64,000 bases of DNA from Nitrososphaera sp. (GCA_036373855.1 DASUUX010000193.1:4847-68846), one strand, 5' to 3'; shown: positions 29,401 through 40,179, counted from the stretch's first letter. Made by a program: numbers and translations. Notes: generated from the sequence alone by a model not told the origin.

Positions 29401-30557
29401 ATGAAGTTTAATAACCGTTTAAAGGGTGTATATGCTGCGACCCCCTCAGTGGCTCTTTTTGCAAGCCTCTTTCTTGTTGGAATCAGTAGGAACAATGAGA
29501 CCATGACATCTGCATATGGCGCTACGTTACAAGATATGGCCGACGATAGCATGATGACGATAGCTCAAGGCAGCTCCAGCAACATGTCTGACATTTTCAT
29601 GATAATGGCTGGGGAACAGAACTTGACTGAGACCAGTATACCCGTAATGCTGCCTCTAACACCGGGATACTCATACGGTCACGAGGTGTTTTACATCTCA
29701 ACGAGGCCTCCGATAGAGACCTTGCTGACCTTATGACTAACTGGACTGGAGCAAGAGTAGTTTATACACCATCATTGGCTAATGCTCCGCCTGGAGCACT
29801 TGCAAATATCTATGCATTCAAGAATGGCATTGAAGGCTCAGGTCCATTAGGGTTCCAGCCAAAGGTAGCTGATTCAGAACCTGGAAATGCAACATACAGC
29901 CCGCTTTGGAGAATAATCTTGGTACAATGGAAAGAAGGAATGAGTCCTACTGAGCTGAAATCCGAACAAGAAATCTCAGCGGCGCTACAGGATGACAAAA
30001 TTACAATAGAGCCTACAGAAAGGGTAGTAAACTGCCCATTCATACAATGGGAGGGAGGTTCTCTGATGGTTAGAGAAGATAAGACTTTGACAGACAAATC
30101 ACCTTACGGTCCCGGACAGGTGTTGAAAATTGATACTGAAAACAAACAGGTTACATTTGTAGCCCACAGGGGATTTGCACCAGATGGCTCTACAATATAC
30201 TATATTGCAACTGATGCCTCTAATCAAGATGTCGCAACCGCGCTGGGGGTACTATTTGTCAACAAGATAGGATTGACAACACTATCAGGAGCATGCTCCG
30301 ACCTCTGGGTGTTTGCTAACGGCATTACAGGAACCGGTCCAATGGGCTATCAAGCAAGTATAACAGGCAGCAATGTAGGAGACATCCCTTACAGCCCGAT
30401 GTGGAGGATTAATGCTGCAACGTGGAGAGACGCTTCAAGCGCAAAATTCTTAACCACTACATCAGATATCAAAATGGCCGTCTCGGGAGGAATGCTCAGC
30501 ACAGAAATAGCAGGACTCGTAGTCAATTGCCCCTTTGTGGAGGTAGGTGGAGCATAA
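29401..30557 (+). pseudogene. Exported two-repeat YSPxW..VVNCP protein (DUF7482-like), split by a one-base frameshift near 29702
   Basis: Restoring one base joins VFYIST to EASDRDLADLMTNWTGA, matching repeat 2 (YYIATDASNQDVA). Signal peptide is in the 5' part; the 29733-30557 part is open. Confidence 0.75.
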
Positions 30558-30563
30558 TATAGC

Positions 30564-31205
30564 ATGAGTAGCAGGAAAGCCATAATTATTGGAATCGTTA
30601 TCGCAGCAGTTGCGATTCCGCTTGGGTTCTATACTGCATTACCCCTGTTCGTCGATACTGAGATAAACGAACCGGTGCCGACTGTAAGCAACGGCAATAA
30701 TGACGCAGTCAACATGCAACAATTTAAAGACTTCATGGAGATGAGTGAAGAAGAAAGAATAGAAAGAGGCCAGCAAATGAGCAATGAAGAAAGGGACATG
30801 ATAATGAAAGCAGCGGCTCAGACTAATGGCAGCACTGTTAACGAGGAAATGACTACAATTGGAGAAGAAACATCTACGGTATATGCCGGGACGTTTGTCG
30901 GAGTAGATGATGGAATACATAACGCAGAAGGTCAAGCGAAAGTTATCAATTTAAGTGATGGCAGCAATTTCTTAAGGCTTGAAGATTTCAGATCGACCAA
31001 TGGTCCTGATCTGTACGTTTATCTTTCAACGGACAAGGGCAATTCTGACTTTGTCAATCTTGGCAGGCTAAAAGGGAATATTGGGGACCAAAATTACAAA
31101 ATTCCAGAAGGAACGGACCTATCAAAATATAACACAGCTCTCATATGGTGTCAGGCGTTTTCAGTTTTGTTCGGTAGCGCCGAGTTAAGACCAATGACGT
31201 CTTAA
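30564..31205 (+). CDS. Membrane-anchored DM13 domain protein
   Basis: N-terminal TM; HNAEG, LRLEDF..NGPDLYVYLS, LGRLKGNIGDQNY, IWCQAFSVLFG. Confidence 0.9.
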   Translation: MSSRKAIIIGIVIAAVAIPLGFYTALPLFVDTEINEPVPTVSNGNNDAVNMQQFKDFMEMSEEERIERGQQMSNEERDMIMKAAAQTNGSTVNEEMTTIGEETSTVYAGTFVGVDDGIHNAEGQAKVINLSDGSNFLRLEDFRSTNGPDLYVYLSTDKGNSDFVNLGRLKGNIGDQNYKIPEGTDLSKYNTALIWCQAFSVLFGSAELRPMTS

Positions 31206-31245
31206 TGATAACCGAATTCCATGTAAAAATCTCAATGAACCTGGA

Positions 31246-31752
31246 ATGAATCTGGAAATATCCTCTAATATCTATCATGAGAATTCTATTCCGATGAGTG
31301 GTATGAGAGAAAACAGAAGAAGTGCCGTTAACAATAGTCAGGATGAGAAAGTGTGGAAAGAAAAGCTTACCCCTGAACAACATGAGGTCTGCAGAATGAA
31401 AGAGATCGAATTGCCTTTCACAGGCAAGTACTGGGACTGCACGGAAGATGGTGTTTACGGTTGCATCTGCTGTGGTGGCAATGATCTCCTTGATTCTGAA
31501 ACAAAGTTTGGTTCTGGGACCGGCTGGCCGAGTTTTTGGACTCCTGCCAAGATACAGAACCTAAAATTTGAATTAGACAACAGCCACAGAACGCAAAGAA
31601 TTGTGGTTCAATGCAACAACTGTGGTGCACATCTGGGCCATGTCTTTGATGATGGTCCTCATCCAACAGGAAAAAGATATTGCATTAATTCTGCGTCGTT
31701 AGAATTTGAACTAGGGAAGGATCTTGATCAGACGCATAACGATGACCTATAA
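31246..31752 (+). CDS. msrB: Peptide-methionine (R)-S-oxide reductase, divergent copy
   Basis: GTGWPSF, CGAHLGHVFDDGP, RYCINSASL; several consensus positions altered. Confidence 0.85.
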   Translation: MNLEISSNIYHENSIPMSGMRENRRSAVNNSQDEKVWKEKLTPEQHEVCRMKEIELPFTGKYWDCTEDGVYGCICCGGNDLLDSETKFGSGTGWPSFWTPAKIQNLKFELDNSHRTQRIVVQCNNCGAHLGHVFDDGPHPTGKRYCINSASLEFELGKDLDQTHNDDL

Positions 31753-31771
31753 CTAAAAAAAGCGAGGAGAA

Positions 31772-32080
31772 TTGAAATTGAAATTGAAACAGATTGGACT
31801 ACAGCTTTGCACATGCACTTGGATAGAAATAATGACAGGTGCTGGGGTAACACTATACCTCGTTCTGGCCATGCATAACTATGTTCTTGCTGGCTTAGCC
31901 GCTGGATTATTTGCCCCTCTGATTGGATTCCATTTTGTCGTTACTCTCATTTCTAAGAGAGAAGGCCTGGTGACAATTGAAGGAATTCGAAGAACAAATG
32001 AAAAACCTAGAAAGAGAGATGGCTATACAAAGGACTTGAAAAGCCTAACGGAATTTCAATTGATGCAATTGTCGTCGTAG
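31772..32080 (+). CDS. Hypothetical membrane protein
   Basis: Two hydrophobic segments. Confidence 0.45.
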   Translation: MKLKLKQIGLQLCTCTWIEIMTGAGVTLYLVLAMHNYVLAGLAAGLFAPLIGFHFVVTLISKREGLVTIEGIRRTNEKPRKRDGYTKDLKSLTEFQLMQLSS

Positions 32081-32692
32081 TCGGCGGCTTAGACACATGT
32101 TCTTCCTTCTATTTCATGGATCAATAAACGGTGGGAGGTCTTTGACTCCTGCTTTGCTCTTAGCCGTCTGACCAATGATTGAGCATAAGCTCCTGCATCC
32201 AAAAGGATAGATAGAGAGACTTCTTCTTTTCCTAGCGTCTTGCTATAGCTTCAATTATGATAATGCCTGAACGGCACTGAGAATTATTATTGCTAATCAC
32301 AATAGAATAATTCTCTCGTTATAGCTCTTGTTTTGTCGTGCAAAATCAGGTCAAACGTCTGCAATAGTAATAAAATCCACAATTTGGACACATGTGTTTT
32401 TAGAGCGTTGTAATTAAACTCGGAAATAGCAATTAGAATAATTGAAACTCATTCAAAAACATATATGCCCATTACCAAATTGATTTTGCTTAGCAAACCA
32501 AAACCCCAATCATAGATTGGCTAACACGATATAATCAAGTATTTTTATTCCTGTAAAGAATGAGCACAAAAAAGTATTGCCCCGTATTTTTAAATAAAGA
32601 GACTAAAGAGTAAAGCTGGTTTTACTAACTGCTGCTAGTGTTTGATATTTTCCTGAAATTATATATAGTGCAAATTTGCTACCATCTACTTT

Positions 32693-33244
32693 TTATTGAT
32701 ATTCTTCCTTTACATCATTTCCATACTTCAGGAGCAGTTTACGCACTTTGGGATCAATTATAAAATTGCAATAGGGCGCATCTTGATTGTTATCGTAGTA
32801 ATTTTTGTGATAATCCTCTGCAAAATAAAAACTACTAAAAGGAGTAATTTCTGTCACAATAGAATCCTTGTAAACGCCTTCTTTTTCAAGCTCCTTTTTT
32901 GATTTCTCAGCAATCTCTTTTTGCTTTTGATTATGATAAAAGATTGCAGATCGGTATTGTGTGCCGACATCGTTACCTTGTCTATTAAGAGTAGTTGGAT
33001 CGTGTGTATGCCAAAAAATGTCAAGTACTCTTTCAAAAGGTATGACTTTCGGATCAAATTCTATTTGAATTGATTCCGCATGTCCGGTTTTTCCTGTACA
33101 TATTTGGTCATAAGAAGGATTTTTCACTAATCCTCCTGAATAGCCGGGTAGAACAGATTTTACACCTTTGAGTCTTTTGAAGATTGCCTCACTGCACCAG
33201 AAACATCCATTCGCAAGCGTTGCGATCTCAAACTTGTCATTCAT
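32693..33244 (-). CDS. msrA: Peptide-methionine (S)-S-oxide reductase
   Basis: GCFWC, GYSGG, TGHAE, HDPTTLNRQGNDVGTQYRS, AEDYH. Confidence 0.97.
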   Translation of the reverse strand: MNDKFEIATLANGCFWCSEAIFKRLKGVKSVLPGYSGGLVKNPSYDQICTGKTGHAESIQIEFDPKVIPFERVLDIFWHTHDPTTLNRQGNDVGTQYRSAIFYHNQKQKEIAEKSKKELEKEGVYKDSIVTEITPFSSFYFAEDYHKNYYDNNQDAPYCNFIIDPKVRKLLLKYGNDVKEEYQ

Positions 33245-33626
33245 GTATTATTTTTGGCAACTCCTTTCCCTTTGGAATAAAACGTATGGATACTGAATTG
33301 ACACAATCTCGAGTATTTTTATTTGTCAAACCTTCTCCGAGAAATTCATGCCCTAAATGCGCACCACAGTTTGTACATTGTATCTCTGTTCTCATCCCAT
33401 CAGGGTCAGGTACGCGCTCAATTGCATTTGGGAAGCTTTCATCAAAGCTTGGCCATCCACATCCAGCGTTAAACTTGCTTTTAGATGAAAAAAGAGGGGC
33501 ATTGCACCTTCTACAGATAAATGTTCCATCCTCATAAAAATTGTCATATTCGCCAGTGAAAGGAGCTTCTGTTGCTTTATGTGCGATTACCCATTCTTCT
33601 TCTGCTGTCAGTTTATTATAACTCAT
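33237..33626 (-). CDS. msrB: Peptide-methionine (R)-S-oxide reductase
   Basis: TEAPFTG, CRRC, GCGWPSFD, RTEIQC..CGAHLGH, RDCVNS; overlaps msrA. Confidence 0.95.
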   Translation of the reverse strand: MSYNKLTAEEEWVIAHKATEAPFTGEYDNFYEDGTFICRRCNAPLFSSKSKFNAGCGWPSFDESFPNAIERVPDPDGMRTEIQCTNCGAHLGHEFLGEGLTNKNTRDCVNSVSIRFIPKGKELPKIIHE

Positions 33627-34071
33627 ATATGGTCCATAACTTCCTTGGCATATTTTGATGTCTTTCCTATCATATATCTCCTATGTTGTTTTATATGATT
33701 GACTTCAGTCGAAGAAGAAAATCAAATGGAAACCGGAGATATTTCTCTAATAAGAACGGTCAGCTGCCATAACCGTTCTGTGACTATAATCGACATAGCC
33801 GATTATGTGCCTTTGTTCTTGATACTTGCCTGGCTCTGAGCTATGGGAACATGCTATGTGCAATCAAATTGCTAAAGAAAGACTAGAAAGTCTGAAAGAC
33901 TATCCAGGGGAACAAGGATTGAACGCACGATTGCTCATTTTTTATCCATTAGCAGGTGTATTTTTTGATTATACACATTCAGTAGCTTACTGCCAGTTGT
34001 TGTTACGGTGGTAGTGATGATGATAATAAATAATTGCATATTGCTTATGTCTGCCAGTGTAAGATTACTAG

Positions 34072-34839
34072 ATGAAATTACTAAGCGACAGAGTTGCTGT
34101 CATAACGGGCTCTACTAAGGGGAATGGAAGAGCAATGGCAAACATCTATTCCGAACAGGGAGCCAACGTAGTTGTCACGGGAAGAGATCAACTTGAAGCT
34201 CAAAGTGCTGTAGACGAGCTTTCAAAAGAGTATGGAACAAACCCATTGGGATTGAAAGTAGATGTGACATCTGTTACAGAAGTAAGAGAGATGGTCGACA
34301 AAATACGCCAGAAATATGGTCAAATTGATGTGCTAGTAAATAATGCAGGCTATCCAATTAAAGATGATCTGTGGGATGTAAGCTTTGATCAAATATCTGA
34401 TGAAGTTTTGGAAAGGGTTTTGGACGTAGATACAAAAGGCACTTATAGGTGCTGTCGTGAGGTGCTGCCTTTAATGATCGAAAAGAGACGCGGAATTATA
34501 ATCAACATTTCATCAACCCCTGCAATAAGTGGATACATAAAGGGCTCCCCCTACACTGTGGCCAAGGCCGCTAATTTGGGAATCACAAAGCATATAGCGG
34601 CTGAATATGGCAAGTATGGAATAAGATGCAATGCAATCGCCCCTGGAACTATTGCTACACAGAGAAATTGGGAAAGATTGACAGCTGAACAAAGAGTAGA
34701 TATTGTGTCTTCTATCCCACTTGGAAGGGCAGGGAAGCCGGAAGAAATTGCAGGTGTAGCATTAATGCTTGCATCTGATTATTCCTCTTTTGTCAGCGGT
34801 CAAACAATTGTTGTAGATGGAGGAGAAACAATACGATGA
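34072..34839 (+). CDS. Short-chain dehydrogenase/reductase (FabG-like)
   Basis: TGSTKGNG, LVNNAG, YTVAK, NAIAPG, GQTIVVDGG. Confidence 0.92.
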   Translation: MKLLSDRVAVITGSTKGNGRAMANIYSEQGANVVVTGRDQLEAQSAVDELSKEYGTNPLGLKVDVTSVTEVREMVDKIRQKYGQIDVLVNNAGYPIKDDLWDVSFDQISDEVLERVLDVDTKGTYRCCREVLPLMIEKRRGIIINISSTPAISGYIKGSPYTVAKAANLGITKHIAAEYGKYGIRCNAIAPGTIATQRNWERLTAEQRVDIVSSIPLGRAGKPEEIAGVALMLASDYSSFVSGQTIVVDGGETIR

Positions 34840-34899
34840 TAAGGAATACCAATGTGATGGCATTAAAGTAAAGAGTACAATAACTGCACCATCGGGGCC

Positions 34900-35669
34900 G
34901 TGATGGCGTATCGAGAACTCGGGCTCGAGTCCTCTGTTTACGGAATTCTGTTTGGTTTGTTTGGTCTTGGCGCAATAGTAGGGGGGCCGATAATTATGTC
35001 CAGAATAATTAGGAAAGTATCTGCTGATTGGATGGCCGTCCTCGCTACGATATCATTCTTGGTTTCGCTAGTTATGTTAGCCACAGTGCAAAACATAGAT
35101 CTTCTAGCTTCGGCTATGGTCTTGGTAGGAGTGGCTCAAATCATGAGCCTTTGCTACTTTGGGTCTTGTTTTGTATGGATCTCTCTCAAATTAGGGATTG
35201 CAAGGGCGGCCTCATTCTACCAACTTGTTTTACAAGCTGCGCTAGTAACAGGCAGGGTAGCATTGGGTTTGATAGCTGATCAATTTGTGATTAGGGCTGC
35301 TTTGCTATCAGCCAGTACAACCAAGGCTGTTGGATTGTTAGTAAAACTGCGATATCCCTGAAAGCAGACAAAGACATTGAATTTACAATGGCAATGCAGG
35401 ATTTGAGTACCGTCAGAAAACGTGACGGCGCTTTCTATTGGGGCTTGTTTCGCCACGATAAGAAGGAAAATGTATACATTGAAAGTTTCCTGGTGGAGTC
35501 ATGGGTCGAGCACTTGCGCCAACATGAACGGATGACAGTCGCTGATCGCTCTATTCAAGAACATGCCTTGGCATTTCATACTGATGAAAGACCACTGAAG
35601 GTCTCGCACTTTATTGCAAGTCCTTTCAAAGGTGATAGCCAGAGAACAGATGATGATGACAATATTTAG
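34900..35669 (+). pseudogene. C-terminal remnant of an MFS_3-type transporter with soluble C-terminal domain
   Basis: TM fragment YGILFGLFGLGAIVG; frameshifts; then RKRDGAFYWGLF..ESFLVESWVEHLRQHERMT; N-terminal half absent. Confidence 0.8.
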
Positions 35670-35778
35670 AGAAGTATTAAGATCAAGGCAATTGCATTGA
35701 ATTCATCGAATTTAGTTTCAATTCATTATCTAAAAGCATTAATCATATAAATGGAAATGGAAATGGATTCACCCACTA

Positions 35779-36054
35779 TTATTCCAAAAGGATGTCATCC
35801 ACATAACACCATCTCCAATCCTCGCCCGGCTCATAGGACTTGATGACAGGATGTCCTGTTTCTAGGAAATGTTTCGTTCCATGTTTATTGGGAGAAGAGT
35901 TGCAACATCCCACATGGCCACATGTTAAACACAATCGCAGATTAACCCAGTCAGAACCTATTTTTTCACATTCTTCGCATCCTTCTGTATTGCCATGAAT
36001 GTCTGGATTTACTTTGCCAATGTGAACACACTGAGTATCCGCTTTTTTCTTCAT
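35779..36054 (-). CDS. Stand-alone UBP-type zinc finger protein
   Basis: CVH, GCEEC, WVNLRLCLTCGHVGCC.SSPNKHGTKHF, WRWCYVD; ATG at 36054. Confidence 0.92.
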   Translation of the reverse strand: MKKKADTQCVHIGKVNPDIHGNTEGCEECEKIGSDWVNLRLCLTCGHVGCCNSSPNKHGTKHFLETGHPVIKSYEPGEDWRWCYVDDILLE

Positions 36055-36180
36055 GACTAAGTATAGTACAATGACAGCAAATATAGTTAAACATTTCTCG
36101 TGAAATATCGATAAAGTGACGACTGTGTTCCATTTAGGACAGTCTACAGAAATTATAGCGGCTGATCTTTTCAAATCGAT

Positions 36181-37223
36181 GATGTGACTTTTTCACATCA
36201 TATGGCATCTGTTAATGGCATTCAGATGCATCATGTGATTGTAGGTCAAGGAGATCCTGTAGTTTTATTGCATGGTTGGCCACAGTAGTGGTATGCATGG
36301 AGACATATTATGCCGGCATTGGCCAAGAGTTATACCGTAATCGCACCTGATCTTAGGGGGACTTGGAGACTCTTCAGCCAACCACAGATTATGATGGCAA
36401 CACTACTGCAGAAGGTATCTACCAATTGGTATCTCAGCTGGGATTTCAGCAAAATTTTCTTAGTAGCACATGATTTTGGCGAGCTGCAGATAGCTTATTC
36501 ATATGCTGCAACTCATTCAAACAATGTAAGCAAATTAGTAATAATGGATTCTACTTTCGCAGGTTTTCTACTTCCAGAGGTTGGTCAGAATGGTCTTTGG
36601 TGGTTTGCTTTTCATCAGGTGCCTAACTTACCAGAAGCCCTAGTACAAAGTAAAGAGGGAGAATATATCTCATGGTTTTTCAAAGGCTTTGCGTATAACC
36701 CGATGCCTTTACTCAGGCTGATATAGTTGAATATGTCAGCAAATACTCTGCTCCAGGTGCAGTGTGAGCTGGATTTGAATATTATAGAGCTTTTCCTGTG
36801 GATGCAGAGCAAAATAGAGAATCAGCCAGGAGTAAGATAACAATGCCTGTATTAGTACTATGTGGCGATATTTATCCGGCTTCAGGTGGTGATTTCCCAG
36901 GGAACTTTGCGCTAAGTTCAACGCAAGCGTTAGCTACAAGTGTAACGGGCGTCACAGTTCCACTTTCAGCACATTGGATTCCCGAAGAGCAACCAGAATT
37001 TGTAATTGACCAGCTATTCAACTTCTTTGGGAACACTACTAATGGTGCTAATTTAGAACGTTCTTTAGCTCCGCTTATATTATTACGATATGAAGAAATC
37101 CCTTTCTCTCTATATTTCCCCTGCGATATAATCAATCAATTACGCAAAGCACAGCGAGACAGTGAGGGTGACTATATCCATCATATTAGTATCCTCATTT
37201 CAAATAAAATCTTAGATACCTGA
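36181..37223 (+). pseudogene. Epoxide-hydrolase-like alpha/beta hydrolase, disrupted
   Basis: VVLLHGWPQ*WYAW (TAG at 36286-88), APDLRG, VAHDFG, WWFAFHQ, HWIPEEQPE spread over three frames. Confidence 0.88.
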
Positions 37224-37406
37224 CTCATCCATATACATTCGTATGATACATGTTCCCGAACCTCGATTATCGGAACGTCTCTTAGCCTCTATTTTCCAAG
37301 CTAGGATCATACTCTCGGCTAATATTAGCCCAGTACCCTGCATCGAAAATTACCACCCTCTCATGCTTGACCCGGCCGTTTGGTGGTGGAATGGAGGAGG
37401 AATGCA

Positions 37407-38315
37407 ATGACCACAACAAATCTATGGCCAGAACTGCCGCTGGCAGAGTGGAAAGACACCTATTATACACTCCACATGTGGACCCAGATCGTCGGCAAGA
37501 TCCGGCTCGCACTCACGCCGCTAGAGAATCACTGGTGGAATATTCCTCTATATGTCACGCCTAGAGGACTCACGACATCCACTATGGCCTACGAAGGTCG
37601 ACACTTGCGAATAGACTTCGATTTCATATCCCATAACCTACTCATCGAGACGGCTGACGGTTCTACCAAGACAATCGCTCTCCGACCGCGCTCAGTAGCT
37701 GACTTTTATCAAGAAACGATGTCAGCCCTGGCATCGCTTGGGATGCCTCTAACCATCTGGACCACACCGGTAGAAGTGCCGGATCGAACTCCTTTTGAGA
37801 AAGATCAGAAACATGCGGCCTATGATCCCGAATATGCACAGCGGTTCTGGCGCATTCTGTTGCAGGCCAGCCGGGTTCTTTCGGAGTTTCGTAGTCGGTT
37901 CACAGGCAAGGTGAGCCCGGTACACTTTTTCTGGGGAGCCTTTGATCTGGCAGTCACTCGCTTCTCCGGACGTACGGCACCTGAGCACCCAGGTGTACCA
38001 TACTGCGCTCGTTTTGTGATGGTAGAAGCCTACTCCCACGAAGTGAGTAGTTGCGGTTTCTGGCCTGGCGGCGGTCCGGTTAATGAGCCTGTTTTCTATG
38101 CCTATGCCTACCCCGAGCCTCAAGGATTCAAGGATTACCCCATCCAACCGCTAGAGGCGTTCTACCATAAGGAGATGAGCGAGTTCGTGCTCCCCTACGA
38201 CGTAGTCCGGAATGCAAAGCTGCCTGACGAGGTCTTGCTGTCTTTCCTGCAAACCACATATGAAGCTGCGGCAACGTGTGCCAAATGGGATCGGCATGCA
38301 TTGGAGCGTCAGTAA
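37407..38315 (+). CDS. DUF5996 (Ava_C0101-like) family protein
   Basis: TLHMWTQIVGKIRL, NHWW, RGLTT, SPVHFFWGAFDLAVTRFSGR, EAYSHEVSSCGFWPG; GGAGGAGG upstream of ATG 37407. Confidence 0.9.
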   Translation: MTTTNLWPELPLAEWKDTYYTLHMWTQIVGKIRLALTPLENHWWNIPLYVTPRGLTTSTMAYEGRHLRIDFDFISHNLLIETADGSTKTIALRPRSVADFYQETMSALASLGMPLTIWTTPVEVPDRTPFEKDQKHAAYDPEYAQRFWRILLQASRVLSEFRSRFTGKVSPVHFFWGAFDLAVTRFSGRTAPEHPGVPYCARFVMVEAYSHEVSSCGFWPGGGPVNEPVFYAYAYPEPQGFKDYPIQPLEAFYHKEMSEFVLPYDVVRNAKLPDEVLLSFLQTTYEAAATCAKWDRHALERQ

Positions 38316-38553
38316 AGTGGAATATCGAAATATCGATATCAATTTCTTGCCTATACAACATTAAGCTGTTTTATGGTACACTATGATGAACTTGTACAGT
38401 TCCATCTCCAATAATAAAACATAAAATCTGTCGGTCTAAACAGCTCTACGACATGCGAGTATATTCCTGTAGAGCGCGCCATAGGTGATAGAACAACGAA
38501 AATTGTTATTTCTTGTCGAGATGACGTAAAAGTCATCTCTGCTAAAATCTTCA

Positions 38554-40179
38554 TTAAATTAAAACACCTATTTCCTTAAGATCCCCACTCCGATTCGACC
38601 GAATTCTATTAAGGAGAAGAGCAAATATAATAGAAGTCCCGGAAATTAAGCTGGCAGTAAGAAAAATTAGACTATATGATTCTGGAGATGGGAATGAGGT
38701 TGAAATACCATTTGGTTTCAGAAATACCTGGTTTGCTTGCATGAGTATTCCTGCAATGACAGGCCCCACTGAGGATCCTATTAGGTAAATTAGTAGATTC
38801 ATTCCCATTGATATTCCACTGAATTGCCTTGGAGTTGAAGTCAGCACGACATTTACTGAACCTATTTGCATTAATGATAATCCTACAGCTATTAGCACAA
38901 GCATCGCAGCTATTGAGGCTTCTGTAGAATGAAACAAGAAAAGCGCAAAAAAGCCTATTGTAGTAATGATGGTTCCTAATATAGTAGGTCTTAGATTTCC
39001 AAATTTGGAAATCACAAAACCAGAAGCAATAGAGAAAATCAACGATATTGTCATATAGGGAAGTTGAACATTTGCTATATCTAATGCGTTTCCACCAAAT
39101 CCTACTGGAAGAGGACTTCGTATCAAAATAGGAATGCTCTGATACACAACCATTAATGCAGTGATGCCTACAGTCATGTTAATTATATTTGCAGAGAGTA
39201 TGACTTTATTTGCCAGTAACTTAAAGTCAATTAATGGAAATGGTGTCCTCTTCTCTAAGATGACAAATACCAATAATGAAAAAGCTGAAACTATTGAAAA
39301 AATGAAAATCTCGATTGAATTATTCGGGGAGCTCGCTTTTTCTAAAAATTGAAGCGTCACAAGGAATGATATTATTGTGATTGCTAATAGTGTTGCACCT
39401 TTTATGTCTATAGATGCATGTAATACTTTATCCTTGTTAGTAGGCTTGTAGTTGTTGCTCCTATCTGTATCGGATATGATACTGCTGTTGTTGTTGTTGT
39501 TGTTGTTGTTATTGTTTTCAGACAACAGTATGTCTTTTCTCACATGGATAAATCTACAACAAAACTCGGTATTTTTGTCCGAAATGGTTTGTTCTCCTTT
39601 TTCTTTGATACTGATGAATTTGATTATTATTGCAAAAAGTGTGATGGCAATAGGTATAATAAATAAGAAAGTAGCTTGCCATCCAAAATTTTCAACTATA
39701 CTTCCGCCTAGCAATAAACCTATTACTGCACCACCAGACAATGTTGAACTAAATATTCCCTGAGCTATTGCAAGCTTCTCTGGAGCGAATTTATCTCTTA
39801 TAATGCTAAAAGCTATAGGAAACATAGAGATTCCAATACCCTGTATCGCTCTAGCAATAACAATAGAAAGGAAGTTGGTTGCTAGAGCTCCTAATAAAAG
39901 ACCTAAAATATAAATTCCTAATATTATTAGTAGCATCTTCTTTTTACCATACATATCTGAAAGCTTGCCTGCTACTGGAGTCATAATAGCTCCCATAACT
40001 AAGAATGCAGCCAATATCCATGATGAATCATCATAAGAGATACCAAGATCTATAATAAATTCTGGAATTGCTGGGAGAATCATAGTCTCAGCAGACATAG
40101 CAATTATACCTAAGCTGCTTAAGATTGCCAGCGTCATCCATGGAGAAGTAACGCGCTTCTCTTCTTTTTGCAGATTCAT
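38554..40179 (-). CDS. MFS transporter (14-TM DHA2-like)
   Basis: GKLSDMYGKKK motif A, ARAIQGIG, FGWQATF; long central loop with poly-Asn. Confidence 0.9.
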   Translation of the reverse strand: MNLQKEEKRVTSPWMTLAILSSLGIIAMSAETMILPAIPEFIIDLGISYDDSSWILAAFLVMGAIMTPVAGKLSDMYGKKKMLLIILGIYILGLLLGALATNFLSIVIARAIQGIGISMFPIAFSIIRDKFAPEKLAIAQGIFSSTLSGGAVIGLLLGGSIVENFGWQATFLFIIPIAITLFAIIIKFISIKEKGEQTISDKNTEFCCRFIHVRKDILLSENNNNNNNNNNSSIISDTDRSNNYKPTNKDKVLHASIDIKGATLLAITIISFLVTLQFLEKASSPNNSIEIFIFSIVSAFSLLVFVILEKRTPFPLIDFKLLANKVILSANIINMTVGITALMVVYQSIPILIRSPLPVGFGGNALDIANVQLPYMTISLIFSIASGFVISKFGNLRPTILGTIITTIGFFALFLFHSTEASIAAMLVLIAVGLSLMQIGSVNVVLTSTPRQFSGISMGMNLLIYLIGSSVGPVIAGILMQANQVFLKPNGISTSFPSPESYSLIFLTASLISGTSIIFALLLNRIRSNRSGDLKEIGVLI

